Source of the DNA: Anaeromyxobacter sp.
Lineage (GTDB): Bacteria; Myxococcota; Myxococcia; Myxococcales; Anaeromyxobacteraceae
Length of the DNA stretch: 64,000 nucleotides
Assembly (NCBI GenBank): GCA_049840735.1
Contig: JASGJN010000020.1
Span: forward strand, 672,001 to 736,000
Direction of reading: 5' to 3'
Shown here piece after piece: positions 33,689 to 45,100 of this stretch (its first letter is position 1; every line of letters begins with the position of its first letter). The translations under genes were made by a program, and so were the position numbers. Below the pieces are notes generated by a model. It saw only the letters and a list, made by a program, of their open reading frames with translations, was not told the DNA's origin and made no database searches.

Positions 33689-34126
33689 ATGTCCATCTCC
33701 CTCCGTCGCCTCACCCTCCCCGCGACCGTCGCCGTCTTCCTGCTGGCCGCAGCGGCCCTCCTGGTCTACGCCGCGCGCGCCGCCGCCGACGACCGCGGCC
33801 CGCCGCCCGGCCCGCCCCCGGAGGCCTACCAGGCCTGCTCCGGCAAGGCCCAGGCCGCCACCTGCCAGGTCGGCTTCGGCGATCGCAGCGAGTCCGGCAC
33901 CTGCGAGGCCACCCGCGAGGGCGACCTGGCCTGCCGCCCCGCCCGCGGCGGCCGCCGCGGCCCGCCCCCGGAGGCCGTCGCCGCGTGCAGCGGCCTCGTC
34001 TCGGGTGACGCCTGCGCCCTCACCGTCGGCGGCGACACCCTCGACGGCACCTGCGGTTCGCCTCCCGACGGCGGCCAGCTGGCCTGCCGGCCGGCCAGGA
34101 TGCCGCCACCGCCGGAGGGGCGGTAG
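33689..34126 (+). CDS. Small exported Cys-rich tandem-repeat protein
   Basis: AAGGAG RBS, signal peptide, two copies of GPPPEA..AC.G...C...GTC...LACRPAR (4 Cys each). Confidence 0.8.
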   Translation: MSISLRRLTLPATVAVFLLAAAALLVYAARAAADDRGPPPGPPPEAYQACSGKAQAATCQVGFGDRSESGTCEATREGDLACRPARGGRRGPPPEAVAACSGLVSGDACALTVGGDTLDGTCGSPPDGGQLACRPARMPPPPEGR

Positions 34127-34229
34127 GCCGCCCGCCTCGGGCGCGCCGCGCGAGCAGCCCGCTGCACGCGCCCGAGGCAAACGGTTGCGCCGCGCGGGCC
34201 GGGCCCGCGAGATCCCACGGAATCGGCCC

Positions 34230-34245
34230 TGGCCCGCCCCTTGCT
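34230..34245 (+). promoter_or_regulatory. Sigma54 promoter candidate for eat-eutBC
   Basis: TGGCCC-GCCCC-TTGCT, 36 nt upstream of the ATG at 34281. Confidence 0.65.
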
Positions 34246-34280
34246 CTCCCGTCCGCGTCCAGCAGCGGAGGGAGTTCACC

Positions 34281-35804
34281 ATGAGCGAGGCGAAGACGGT
34301 GGGGTCGGTCAGCTACGCGACCCGTGACGAGGCGTACTTCGAGGGGCGGCAGCTGAAGCGGGTGGCCGGACCCTGGAAGCTGTGGGCCATGGGGGTGGCG
34401 GCGGTCATCTCCGGCGCCTTCTCCGGCTGGAACTTCGGCCTGGGCGTGGGCGGCTTCTGGGGCCTGGCCATCGCCACCCTCCTCATCACCGCCATGTACC
34501 TGCTGCTCTGCCTCAGCCTGGCGGAGATGGGCACGGCGCTGCCGCACACCGGCGGCGCCTACTCCTTCGCCCGCACCAGCATGGGCCCATGGGGCGGCTT
34601 CGTCACCGGGCTGGCCGAGAACATGGAGTACGTCTTCACGCCGGCGGTGATCGCCTTCTTCGCCGGCTCCTACCTCAAGGCGGTCTTCGCCGGGACGCCG
34701 CTGGGCGCGCTGCCCGATCCCCTCTGGTGGGCCCTGCTGTACGTGGTGTTCATCACGCTCAACGTGCTGGGCGCGCACCTCTCCTTCCGCTTCGCCTTCG
34801 TGATCACGCTGGTGGCCATGGGCGTGCTGCTGCTCTTCTTCGGCGCCGCGCTCCCCCACGTGGACTTCGCGAAGAACCTGTTCGACATCCCGCCCGCCCC
34901 CGGCGGCACCCCCGCCCTGCCCTTCGGCCTGGGCGGCATCCTGATGGCGCTGCCCTTCGCGGTCTGGTTCTACCTGGGCATCGAGGAGCTGCCGCTGGCC
35001 TCGGAGGAGACCAACCACCCCGAGCGCGACCTGCCCCGCGGCATCATCGGCGGGATCCTCACGCTGATCGTGATCACGCTCTTCACGCTGGTGCTCAACA
35101 CCGGCCTGGCGCCCGGCGCGGCCAAGCTCTCCACCAGCGGCGAGCCCATCCTGGACGGCTTCCGCACGCTCTTCGGCGACGGCTCGGCGCGGCTGCTGGG
35201 CCTGGCCGCCACCGCCGGCCTGGTGGCCAGCTTCCACGGCATCATGTACGCCTACGGCCGGCAGATCTACTCCCTCTCCCGCGCCGGCTACTTCCCCACC
35301 TTCCTCTCCCTCACCCACCCGAAGCACAAGACGCCCTGGGTGGCGCTGGTGGGCGGCGGCGTGGTGGGCTACGCGGTGATGCTGGCGCTCTGGTTCTTCT
35401 CGGCCGACGCCACCGTGTACATCGGCACCAAGCTGCTCTGCATGGCGGTCTTCGGCGCCATGATCTCCTACGTGCTGCAGATGGCCTCGTTCGTGATCCT
35501 CCGGCTCCGCTTCCCGGGCCTGGCGCGGCCATTCGTGAGCAAGCTGGGCGTGCCGGGGGCGGTGGTGGCCGGCGCCATCGCGCTGGTGACGCTGGTGACC
35601 CTCTTCGTGGTGGATCCGGTCAACTACCGCTCCGCGGCCATCGGCGCCTGCGCCTGGTTCGCGGGCGGGATCCTCTACTTCGCGCTGCACAGCCGGAAGC
35701 GGCTGGTGCTCTCGCCGGAGGAGGCCTTCGCGCTCCGCGCCTCCGGCAGCGGCGGCGCGGTGCCGGAGGGCGTGCCGGCGGCCCACGAGCCCGACGCCGC
35801 CTAG
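34281..35804 (+). CDS. eat: Ethanolamine permease (APC family)
   Basis: GVAAVISGAFSGWNFGL, PHTGGAYSFAR, FAVWFYLGIE, ASFHGIMYAYGRQIYSLSRAGYFP; upstream of eutB. Confidence 0.88.
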   Translation: MSEAKTVGSVSYATRDEAYFEGRQLKRVAGPWKLWAMGVAAVISGAFSGWNFGLGVGGFWGLAIATLLITAMYLLLCLSLAEMGTALPHTGGAYSFARTSMGPWGGFVTGLAENMEYVFTPAVIAFFAGSYLKAVFAGTPLGALPDPLWWALLYVVFITLNVLGAHLSFRFAFVITLVAMGVLLLFFGAALPHVDFAKNLFDIPPAPGGTPALPFGLGGILMALPFAVWFYLGIEELPLASEETNHPERDLPRGIIGGILTLIVITLFTLVLNTGLAPGAAKLSTSGEPILDGFRTLFGDGSARLLGLAATAGLVASFHGIMYAYGRQIYSLSRAGYFPTFLSLTHPKHKTPWVALVGGGVVGYAVMLALWFFSADATVYIGTKLLCMAVFGAMISYVLQMASFVILRLRFPGLARPFVSKLGVPGAVVAGAIALVTLVTLFVVDPVNYRSAAIGACAWFAGGILYFALHSRKRLVLSPEEAFALRASGSGGAVPEGVPAAHEPDAA

Positions 35805-35818
35805 AGGGCACGGCCCCC

Positions 35819-37213
35819 ATGCCCAGCCTCTCCGCCACCGTCGGCCGCACCCGCTTCACCTTCGCCGACCTGAAGGAGGTCATGGCCAAGGCGTCGCCAC
35901 CGCGCTCGGGCGACGCCCTGGCCGGCCTGGCGGCGTCCTCCGCCCAGGAGCGGGTCGCGGCGCGGACGGTGCTGGCGGACCTGCCGCTGACCCGCTTCCT
36001 GGCCGAGCCGCTCATCCCCTACGAGGAGGACGAGGTCACCCGGCTGATCGTCGACTCGCACGACGCGGCCGCCTTCGCGCCGGTGAAGGACCTGACGGTG
36101 GGCCAGCTGCGCGAGTGGCTGCTGGCCTACGAGACCGGCGCCGCCGAGCTGGCGGCGCTGGCCCCGGGGCTCACGCCGGAGATGGCCGCGGCGGTGACCA
36201 AGCTGATGCGCAACCAGGACCTGGTGCTGGTGGCGAGCAAGTGCCGGGTCACCACCCGCTTCCGCAACACCATCGGCCTTCCCGGCCGGCTGTCGGTGCG
36301 GCTGCAGCCCAACCACCCCACCGACGATCCGGCCGGGATCGCCGCCTCGGTGGTGGACGGGCTGCTCTACGGCTGCGGCGACGCCGTCATCGGCATCAAC
36401 CCGGCCACCGACTCGGTGGCCTCGATGGAGGCGCTGGTGCGGCAGCTGGCCGAGCTGATCCAGCGCCACGCCATCCCCACCCAGTCCTGCGTGCTGGCGC
36501 ACGTCACCACCGCGCTGCGGGTGATGGCGCGCGGCGCGCCGGTGGACCTGGTGTTCCAGTCGGTGGGCGGCACCGAGGCCACCAACCGCAGCTTCGGCGT
36601 CTCGCTGGCGCTGCTGGACGAGGCCCACCGCGCCGCCCTCTCGCTGGGGCGCGGCACGCTCGGCCAGGACGTCATGTACTTCGAGACCGGCCAGGGCTCC
36701 GCGCTCTCCGCCGAGGCGCACCACGGCGTGGACCAGCAGACCTGCGAGGCCCGCGCCTACGCCGTCTGCCGCCGCTTCTCGCCGCTGCTGGTCAACTCGG
36801 TGGTGGGGTTCATCGGCCCCGAGTACCTGTACGACGGCAAGCAGATCCTGCGAGCCGGGCTGGAGGACCACTGCTGCGGCAAGCTGCTGGGGCTGCCCAT
36901 GGGCGTGGACGTCTGCTACACGAACCACGCCGAGGCGGACCAGGACGACATGGACACGCTGCTCACGCTGCTGGGCGCCGCCGGCTGCACCTACGTCATG
37001 GGCGTCCCGGGCGCCGACGACGTGATGCTCAACTACCAGTCCACCTCGTTCCACGACAGCCACTACCTGCGCCAGGTGCTGGGGCTGCGCCCGGCGCCTG
37101 AGTTCGAGGCCTGGCTGCAGCGGGCCGGCATCACCGACCACCGCGGCCGCCTGCGCCCCATCCCGCGGGGCCACCGCCTGCTGGGCGGCGGCGCGCCGGA
37201 GGTGCGGGCGTGA
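35819..37213 (+). CDS. eutB: Ethanolamine ammonia-lyase large subunit
   Basis: RSGDALAG, RLQPNHPTDD, YFETGQGS, VGFIGPEY, CYTNHAEADQ. Confidence 0.96.
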   Translation: MPSLSATVGRTRFTFADLKEVMAKASPPRSGDALAGLAASSAQERVAARTVLADLPLTRFLAEPLIPYEEDEVTRLIVDSHDAAAFAPVKDLTVGQLREWLLAYETGAAELAALAPGLTPEMAAAVTKLMRNQDLVLVASKCRVTTRFRNTIGLPGRLSVRLQPNHPTDDPAGIAASVVDGLLYGCGDAVIGINPATDSVASMEALVRQLAELIQRHAIPTQSCVLAHVTTALRVMARGAPVDLVFQSVGGTEATNRSFGVSLALLDEAHRAALSLGRGTLGQDVMYFETGQGSALSAEAHHGVDQQTCEARAYAVCRRFSPLLVNSVVGFIGPEYLYDGKQILRAGLEDHCCGKLLGLPMGVDVCYTNHAEADQDDMDTLLTLLGAAGCTYVMGVPGADDVMLNYQSTSFHDSHYLRQVLGLRPAPEFEAWLQRAGITDHRGRLRPIPRGHRLLGGGAPEVRA

Positions 37214-37989
37214 GCCGGCTCGTCCCCGACCCCTGGACCGGCCTGCGGGCCCTCACCGGCGCGCGGATCGCGCTGGGGCGCGCGGGCGGGTCGCTGCCCA
37301 CCGCCGAGCTGCTGCGCTTCTCGGCCGCCCACGCCGCCGCGCGCGACGCGGTCTGGTCGGCGCTCGACCTCGAACGCCTGGAGGCCCAGCTGGCGCCGCT
37401 GGGGCTGCCTCTGCTGCGGCTGCGGACCCAGGCCCCCGACCGCGCCACCTACCTGCGCCGTCCGGACCTGGGCCGCCGCCTCGACCCGGGCAGCGCGACC
37501 GCGCTGGCCGCTGCCGCGCCGCCCGGTGGCTGCGACGTGGCGCTGATCCTGGCCGACGGCCTCTCCGCCACCGCCACCCAGGCCCATGGCGCCGCCCTGG
37601 CGGCCGCGTGCGTAGCCGGCCTGCGCGGCGCTGGGCTCTGCGTGGGACCGCTGGCGCTGGTGACGCAGGCGCGCGTGGCGGTGGAGGATTCCATCGGCGC
37701 CGCGTTGAGAGCGCGCGTGGCGTTGATCCTGGTGGGCGAGCGCCCCGGTTCCGGCTCCCCGGACAGCCTGGGCGCCTACCTGGTCCACGCCCCGCGCGCC
37801 GGCCGGACCGACGCGGAGCGGAACTGCGTCTCCAACGTCCGTCCGGAGGGGCTGCCGGTGCCGGCCGCGGCCGAGCTGCTCTGCTGGCTGGTGCAGGCGG
37901 CGCTGGGGCGCGGGCTCTCGGGGGTGGAGCTCAAGGATGAGCGGGGGCTGGCGGCGGCTGTGACGGCACCGGCGCTCTGCGCCGGGTGA
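37210..37989 (+). CDS. eutC: Ethanolamine ammonia-lyase small subunit
   Basis: ARIALGRAG, YLRRPDLGRRL, ADGLS, GERPG, DAERNCVSN. Confidence 0.95.
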   Translation: MSRLVPDPWTGLRALTGARIALGRAGGSLPTAELLRFSAAHAAARDAVWSALDLERLEAQLAPLGLPLLRLRTQAPDRATYLRRPDLGRRLDPGSATALAAAAPPGGCDVALILADGLSATATQAHGAALAAACVAGLRGAGLCVGPLALVTQARVAVEDSIGAALRARVALILVGERPGSGSPDSLGAYLVHAPRAGRTDAERNCVSNVRPEGLPVPAAAELLCWLVQAALGRGLSGVELKDERGLAAAVTAPALCAG

Positions 37990-38037
37990 ACCCGGCAGCT
38001 GATCGCTGGGCGTGGTCGCCTGACCGGCCTCACGGCC

Positions 38038-38979
38038 TCACAGCTTCACCGCGCCGGTCGGATCCCACCACACCTTCCCCTTGCCGCGCGCCGCCTCCAG
38101 CGCGCGCGCCCGCAGGGCTTCCAGCTCGACCGTGCTCATGGGCGCCGCCCGCGCGGCGGCGTCGAAGGCGGCCTCCTGCTCGTTCTCGAAGCTGAGCCCC
38201 AGCAGCGCCACGTCGGGATCGAGCGTGAGCGCGTAGCGGACGCAGTCCTCCACCGTGAGCCGCGGCAGCGTCGCCTCCGCTGCGTCCTGGCCGCCGGAGG
38301 AGAGCTTGCCGCGCGGGCGCGCGGAGAGCGGCCGCTGGTAGCCCTCCGTGTCTCCCAGCAGCTTTCCGCCGCCGAACACCTTCATGCCCAGGGTGCCCAC
38401 CCCCAGCTGCCGGGCGCGGGGCAGGATCCCGGCGGTGAAGCGCGGGTCGCCCAGCGGGCCGACCGGGAACATGAGGGCGTCGCACAGCCCGGAGTCGAGC
38501 GCGGCCGCCAGCACGTCGGGGTGATGCGAGGAGATCCCGCGCCAGCGCACCCGCCCCCGGGCCGCCTCCTCCGCCAGCTCGTCGAACGCGCCCCCGGCCG
38601 CCGACAGGCGGCGCCAGGTGGGGAGGTCCGGGACGGCGTGGAACAGGGCCAGGTCGATGGACGGCCACCCCAGCCGCTCCAGGCTGGCGTCCAGCTGCGG
38701 TCCGACCGGCGCGCCGAGGTCGTCCACCTTGTCCACCAGCAGCACGCCCTCACGCCGGCCTCGCAGCGCCTCCCCCACGATCTCCTCGGAGTAGCCGTCC
38801 TCGTACATCGGGGCGGTGTCCACCACGTTGACGCCCCGGTCGAGGGCCCGGCGGACCACACCCACGCAGCGATCCTTCGGGACGGCCCGGTCGGCCACGT
38901 CGCCCTGTCCGACGGCGGTGACGGGGAACGGGATGCGGCCCAGAGGGCGGCGGGGCTGGAATGGGGAGGGGGTGGACAT
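38038..38979 (-). CDS. Aldo/keto reductase
   Basis: ALDRGVNVVDTAPMY..SEEIVGEAL, SLERLG..IDL..FH, GISSH. Confidence 0.88.
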   Translation of the reverse strand: MSTPSPFQPRRPLGRIPFPVTAVGQGDVADRAVPKDRCVGVVRRALDRGVNVVDTAPMYEDGYSEEIVGEALRGRREGVLLVDKVDDLGAPVGPQLDASLERLGWPSIDLALFHAVPDLPTWRRLSAAGGAFDELAEEAARGRVRWRGISSHHPDVLAAALDSGLCDALMFPVGPLGDPRFTAGILPRARQLGVGTLGMKVFGGGKLLGDTEGYQRPLSARPRGKLSSGGQDAAEATLPRLTVEDCVRYALTLDPDVALLGLSFENEQEAAFDAAARAAPMSTVELEALRARALEAARGKGKVWWDPTGAVKL

Positions 38980-39100
38980 GACCTCTCTCTACACCTGGCG
39001 CAGGGGTGGTGCGCGCGGTGGCGAGGCAGCCGCAGCCGGGTTTTCCCGCGGCTCTGCCGGGGGTATGCGGCCTGCGGCCGCGGTATACTCCGGGTCGCGC

Positions 39101-42002
39101 ATGTCCCACCCCCCGCTCGATCGCATCGAAGCCCCCCCCGCCGGGCGCCCGGCCCGGGTCCGGAGCTGCGGCCTGCCGGTCGCGACCGTGCTGGAGTCGC
39201 TCGCCGCCGGGGTCACCGTCGATCACCTGGTGGCTCGGCATCCAGGGCTGGAGGCCGCCGACGTCCCGGCCTGCCTGGCCTGGGCTGCCCGGCAGGCGGC
39301 CCGCGCGCAGGACGCCGCGCCGCCCCCGGCCCCACCGCCCTCGGCCCCGGACGACCGCTTCTCGGCGCTGTTCGAGCTGGCTCCGGTGATGATGAGCGTC
39401 TCGGAGCTGGAGACCGGACGCTTCATCGCCGTCAACGAGGAGTCGCTGCGGCTCTCCGGCTACACGCGGGAGGAGCTGATCGGGCGGACCTCGCTGGAGA
39501 TCGGCTGGCTCTCGGCGGCGGACCGGCAGCGCCTCCTGGACACCTTCCGCCAGCGGGGCCGGGCCGACGGCCTGGAGGTGACGCTCCACCGCAAGGACGG
39601 CAAGCCGCTCAAGGTCCTCTACTCCGGGAAGGTGCTCCACCACCAGGACGGGCCGCAGATCATCTCCATCACGCTCGACATCACCGATCGGACGCGGATG
39701 GAGCAGGCGCTGCGGGAGAGCGAGGAGCGCTTCCGCATCCTGGCCGAGAACTCGACCGACATGATCTCGCGCCACGCGCCGGACGGCACGTACCTCTACG
39801 TCTCCCCGGCCTGCCGGCGGCTCACCGGCTACGCGCCGGAGGAGCTGGTGGGGCGGTCGGCCTACGCGTTCATCGAGGAGGCCGACACCGCGGCCGTCCG
39901 CGCCGACCACGGCCTCATCGTGGGCGGGAACGCGGTCCCGACCACGCTCTGGCGGTTCCGGCGCAAGGACGGCGGCAGCGTCTGGCTCGAGACCACCTCC
40001 CGGACCGTCCGCGACCCCGCCACCGGCGCGGTGCAGGAGATCCACGCCGACACGCGGGACGTGAGCGACCGCAAGCGGGCCGAGGCCGAGCTGCAGGCCC
40101 GCGGCGACTTCATCGACCGGATCCTGCGGCGCGCGCCCATCGGCTTCGCGGCGTACGCCCTGGCCGATGGGCACGCCCACTTCGTGAGCGAGCGCTTCGA
40201 GGAGATTCTACGGCCTGCCGCACGGCGCCGTCACCTCGCGCCGGCGCTTCTTCGAGCTGATCTTCCCCGACCCGCTCCGGCGCGCCGAGGTGGAGGCGCG
40301 CTTCGACGCGGACGTCGCCTCCGGCGACGCGGCCCGGCTGCGCTGGGCCGACCAGCCCATCACCCTCGCCTCCGGCGAGGTCCGGTACGTCACGGCCATC
40401 AACATCCCCATCCCCGAGCAAGGGATGATGGTCGCCACGGTGCAGGACGTGACCCGGCAGGTCCTCGCGCAGGAGGCGCTGGAGGACAGCGAGGCCATCC
40501 TGCGCAGCGCCGTGGAGAGCGCCCCGCTGGTCCTGTTCCTGCTCGACACCGACCTGAACTTCCGCCTCTCCATCGGCGGCGGCCTGAGCAGCCTGGGCCT
40601 TCAGCCCGGGCAGGTGGTGGGCATGCGGCTGGTGGACGTCTACCCGGAGCTCCCGGACGCGCTGACCGGCGCCCGGCGCGCGCTGGAGGGGCAGTCGTCC
40701 ACCTTCTTCATCGACGCCCGCGGGTTCACCTGGGACCTGCGCTACACGCCGCTGGTGGGCGCGAACGGCAAGATCAAGGGCGTGGTGGGCACGGCCTTCG
40801 ACGTGACCGACCGGCTCAAGGCCGAGCTGGACCGGACCCGGCTGCAGACCCAGCTCATCCAGGCCCAGAAGATGGAGGCCGTCGGGCAGCTGGCCGGCGG
40901 CGTGGCGCACGACTTCAACAACATCCTCACCGCCATCCTCTCCAACGTCGAGCTGATGCGGGAGGAGGCCGGCCTGGGCCGCGCGGCCCTGGCGGACCTG
41001 GCCGAGCTGGAGGCCGACGCCCGGCGCGCCGCCAGCCTGACCCGCCAGCTGCTGCTCTTCAGCCGGCGGCAGCCCATGCAGCCCCGCCCCATCGAGCTGA
41101 ACGCGCTGGTGGGCGACCTGCTCAAGATGCTCCACCGGCTCATCGGCGAGCAGATCGTGCTCGACTTCGCCGGCAGCCCGGGCGACCTCTGGCTGCAGGC
41201 GGACGGGGGCATGCTGGACCAGGCGGTCACCAACCTGGTGGTCAACGCCCGCGACGCCATGCCCTCGGGTGGGGAGATCCTCCTGCGCCTGCGGGCCGTG
41301 GAGGTGCAGGCGCCCGCGCTCCACCACCCGGAGGCCCGGCCTGGCCAGTTCGCCTGCCTGGAGGTGACCGACAGCGGGCACGGCATGGACGCGGAGACCG
41401 CGCGCCACGCCTTCGAGCCCTTCTTCACGACCAAGGACGTGGGCAAGGGCACGGGGCTGGGGCTGGCCACCGTCCACGGCATCGTGCAGCAGCACCGGGG
41501 CTGGGTCGAGCTGGAGACGCGCCCGGGCGCCGGGACCACCTTCCGCGTGCTCCTGCCGCTGGCCGAGGCGCCGCAGGGGCTGGGCGCGGACGAGCCCGCC
41601 GACGCGCCCCACCCGCCCGGCACGCTGGAGCGGCTGCTGGTGGTGGAGGACGACGCCAGCGTGCGGCGCGTGCTGGTGCGGTCCCTGGAGCGCCTGGGCT
41701 ACCGCGTCCGCGCCGCCGCCAGCGGGGTCGAGGCGCTGGAGCTGTGGCGGAGCGGGGGCGCCGACCTGGTGCTCACCGACGTGATGATGCCCGGCGGCCT
41801 GAACGGCCTGGAGCTGGCGGAGCGGCTGCTGGCGGAGGAGCCGCAGCTGCGGGTGGTGGTGATGAGCGGTTACAGCCCGGAGCTGACCCAGCCCGAGGCC
41901 TTGCGCCGGCGCGGCGCGGTCTTCCTGGCCAAGCCGCTCGACACCGGCGTGCTGGCGCGCACCGTGCGCGAGCTCTTGGACGGGCCGGTCCGGGTGGGGT
42001 GA
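39101..42002 (+). CDS. Hybrid histidine kinase: DUF433-like N-terminus, about 4 PAS domains, HisKA/HATPase, receiver; apparent +1 frameshift ~40206
   Basis: GLPVATVLESLAAG..HPGLEAADVPACLAWA; PAS/PAC motifs; QKMEAVGQLAGGVAHDFNN; VVEDD..LTDVMMPG. Junction GATTC. Confidence 0.88.
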
Positions 42003-42097
42003 ACCCGGCGGCCGACGCGCGGGCTCGACCGGCTCACCCCCGAGCGGACACGCCAGGCCTTTCCCGACGCCCGCGGCCTTCCCCCTGCGCGCACGCT

Positions 42098-42138
42098 GAA
42101 GAAGCGGCGGCCCGGTCACGAGGGTGACCGGGCCGCCG
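42098..42138 (-). terminator. Terminator hairpin downstream of the amylase
   Basis: Perfect 15-bp stem CGGCGGCCCGGTCAC / GTGACCGGGCCGCCG followed by CTTCTTC on the minus strand. Confidence 0.75.
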
Positions 42139-42162
42139 GACGACCGTGCTGCCGGGGTGCTG

Positions 42163-45100
42163 CTACTTCAGGTAGGTGCCGTCCACGCCGATCTTCCCGG
42201 GGGCGGGGTTGCCCGACTGGCTGAGGACGTAGACGCGCGCGTTACCCTTGCCGCTGCAGGTGATGGTGAGGCTGCCGCCGGTCACCGTGGCCGAGGCGCC
42301 GGTGATGGCGTCGACGTAGGTGCCGTTGGGGATGCCGGTGAACGTCGCGTCGCCGGAGACGGTGACGAGCGCGAACGAGTCGACCGAGCCGCTGGTGTAC
42401 CGGCGCTTGAAGGCCATGCCGCCGCTGCTCACGCCCTCCGTCGAGTACTGGCCCATCTGCAGCGCCGGGACGGCGCGGCGGATCAGGTTGAGCCGGCGGA
42501 TGTGCTGGGCCAGCGGGTGGCTCAGGGTGGTGGCCACGTTGCCGGAGGCGCCGCTGTACTGGCCGAAGCCGGTCACCGTCAGGCTGCCCGTGATCTTGTC
42601 ACCGAAGTAGGCGCGGCCGGTGGTCGACAGCGGCGCGTTGGGGCCGACGTCGATGGGCATGCCCTTCTGGAACTCGATCTCGCTGCCGTAGAAGATGGTC
42701 GGGACGCCACGGAAGGTGAAGATCAGCGAGAGGTCCTCGGCCCAGCTGTCCTGGGGCTGGGCGTACCGCTGGTTCTCCGGGGCGCCGTCCGGCGCGTAGT
42801 CGTGCGAGTCGACGTAGGTCACGTTCCAGGTCGGGTCGCTGTAGTACTGGTCGCCACCGAGCGCCATGGAGAACGCGTCGCGGGCGTAGGTGAAGCTCCA
42901 GTGCATGGGGAAGTCGATCACGTCCAGGCCGGAGCGACGGCTCCAGTCCGGCGCGTGGTAGGTGTTCCCGCTGAGCAGGTGGTTGTTGCTGGTGGGCTGG
43001 GTGCCGACGTTGGTGTTGTCGTTCCAGTTCGCCAGCACCGAGGCCTCGTTGGTCTGCCGGTTGCCCCAGGGATACGACACCGTCTCCTTCCAGGTGAAGA
43101 AGGGCGTGGAGATGGCGGGGATGCCGGAGTTCCAGACGTTGCGGTAGCGGGTGGCCACCTCGCCGAAGACGAAGAAGTTGTCGCCGCCGCGGGCCTTCCA
43201 GGCCGGGATGAACACCTTGTTGAAGTCGAGCCGCGAGACGTGCTTCACGGTGTCGACCCGGAACCCGTCCACGCCCATGTCGATGTACTTGTTGTACGCG
43301 TCGACCAGGTACTGCTGGACGGTGGGGTTCTCGGTGTTCAGGTCCACGCAGTCGCCGGCGATCTGCCCGGTCTGGACGGTGTAGCTCTCCCAGCTGAGCG
43401 ACTTCTCGTGGTGGTAGATGAAGTTGGTGTCGTTGGCGTCCTCCTTCATCGCGTTGATGCGGGCGGAGTACTGCGCCGCCGGCGTCAGCGTGTCGTAGTT
43501 CGCCGGCAGCCAGGGGTTCGAGAGCTTGGTGAGCGCGGCCGAGATGGCCTCGTTCAGCCCCGTGGGCGCGTTGCGCTTGAACATCGGGAAGAGGTTCTCC
43601 TCACCGAAGTTGCCGGTGTGGTTCACCACGATGTCCTGGATGATCTTCATGCCGCGCGCGTGCGCCTCGTCGATGAGCCGCTTGTACGACGCCTCGGCGG
43701 TCTCGCCGCGCGACTTGGTGGCGTAGCGCGGGTCGACCTCCTTGTGGTTGATGGCGTGGTAGCCGTGGTAGTCGTACCCGCTCGAGTTCTTCACCACCGG
43801 CGTGATCCACACCGCCGAGAAGCCCAGCGCCTTGATGTAGTCGAGCTTCTGGATCAGGCCCTCGAAGTCACCGCGGTAGCAGGGATCGGTGTCCGGGTTC
43901 TTGGCGGTGGCGTCGTCCCAGCAGTGCACGTTGTTGCTGGCGTCGCCGTCGTAGAAGCGGCTGGTGATGACGAAGTAGATGGTCTCGGCGCGGAAGTCGG
44001 TCCGGACCGGCGCGGTCCCGGCGTAGAAGTTGAAGGACGCGGTGGCCTGGTTCCCGGCGCCGTCCACCACCAGGAACTTGAAGTTCACGGTGGAGGTGAT
44101 GGTGAAGCTCCCGCCGGTGAGGCCGGCCGAGGCGTTGCCCGACACGTAGAGCGTGGACGAGGTGGTCGGGGTGGAGCCGTCGGTCGTGTAGTAGGCCCTG
44201 GTCGTCGCCGTCTTGTTGTCGGTGACGGTGAAGGAGACCGTGCCGGAGGTGCCCACGTAGCCCTCGGCGCGGCTGGCCACGATGCTCGGCTTCACCACGT
44301 CGGCGTTGGGGTCGATGGTGTAGGCGAAGCCGTAGACCGAGCCCGCCACCGCGTTGCGGTTGACGCCGAACGCCTTGATGGTCATCGAGGCGCCCACGTC
44401 GATGGGGGCGGTGTACCGGGTCGAGGCGGTGGTGGGGGTGGTGCCGTCGAGCGTGTAGTAGATGACGTCGTCGGTGTTGCTGCTGGTCAGCCGGACGTTC
44501 TGCGCCGCGACGTAGAGCCCGGGCGCCAGGTCGGCGTCGATGACCGGGACCTTGGGCGCCTCCGGGTTCTGGTCGTACCACTTGTTGTCGGTGAAGTACC
44601 AACCCTCGCCCGTGCGCGACAGGTCCCCGGTCTGGTGGCCGGCGCCGTCGTTGAACACGATGCTGGCGCTGGTGGCGCCGGGGATCGTGTACTTGTACCA
44701 GTCGCTCCCCTCCGAGGTCATGGTGTTGCCCGGCCAGGTGGTGGCGGTGATGGAGGTCGGGACCACGTTCCAGTAGTGGATCCTGAGCGTGGTGCCCCAG
44801 GTCGACGGGCGCTTGAAGTGGACCGTGAGGCCGGTGTCGGTGGTGTTGCTGACCGTGACGCTGCGCGCGGCCGAGGTGGCGTTGTTGGCCGCCGCGTCGT
44901 AGGCCTTGGCGGTCAGGGCGTACGTGCCGTTGGCGATCCCGGCGGTGTTCCAGCTCAGGCTGTACGGGGAGGCGGTGGCGGTGCCGATGAGCGTGGTGCC
45001 CGCGTAGAACTCCACCTTGGTCACGCCCTTGTTGTCGCTGGCCGTGGCGCTGACCGTGACGGCGCCGGTGAGGATGGCGCCGGCCGCGGGCGCGGAGAGC

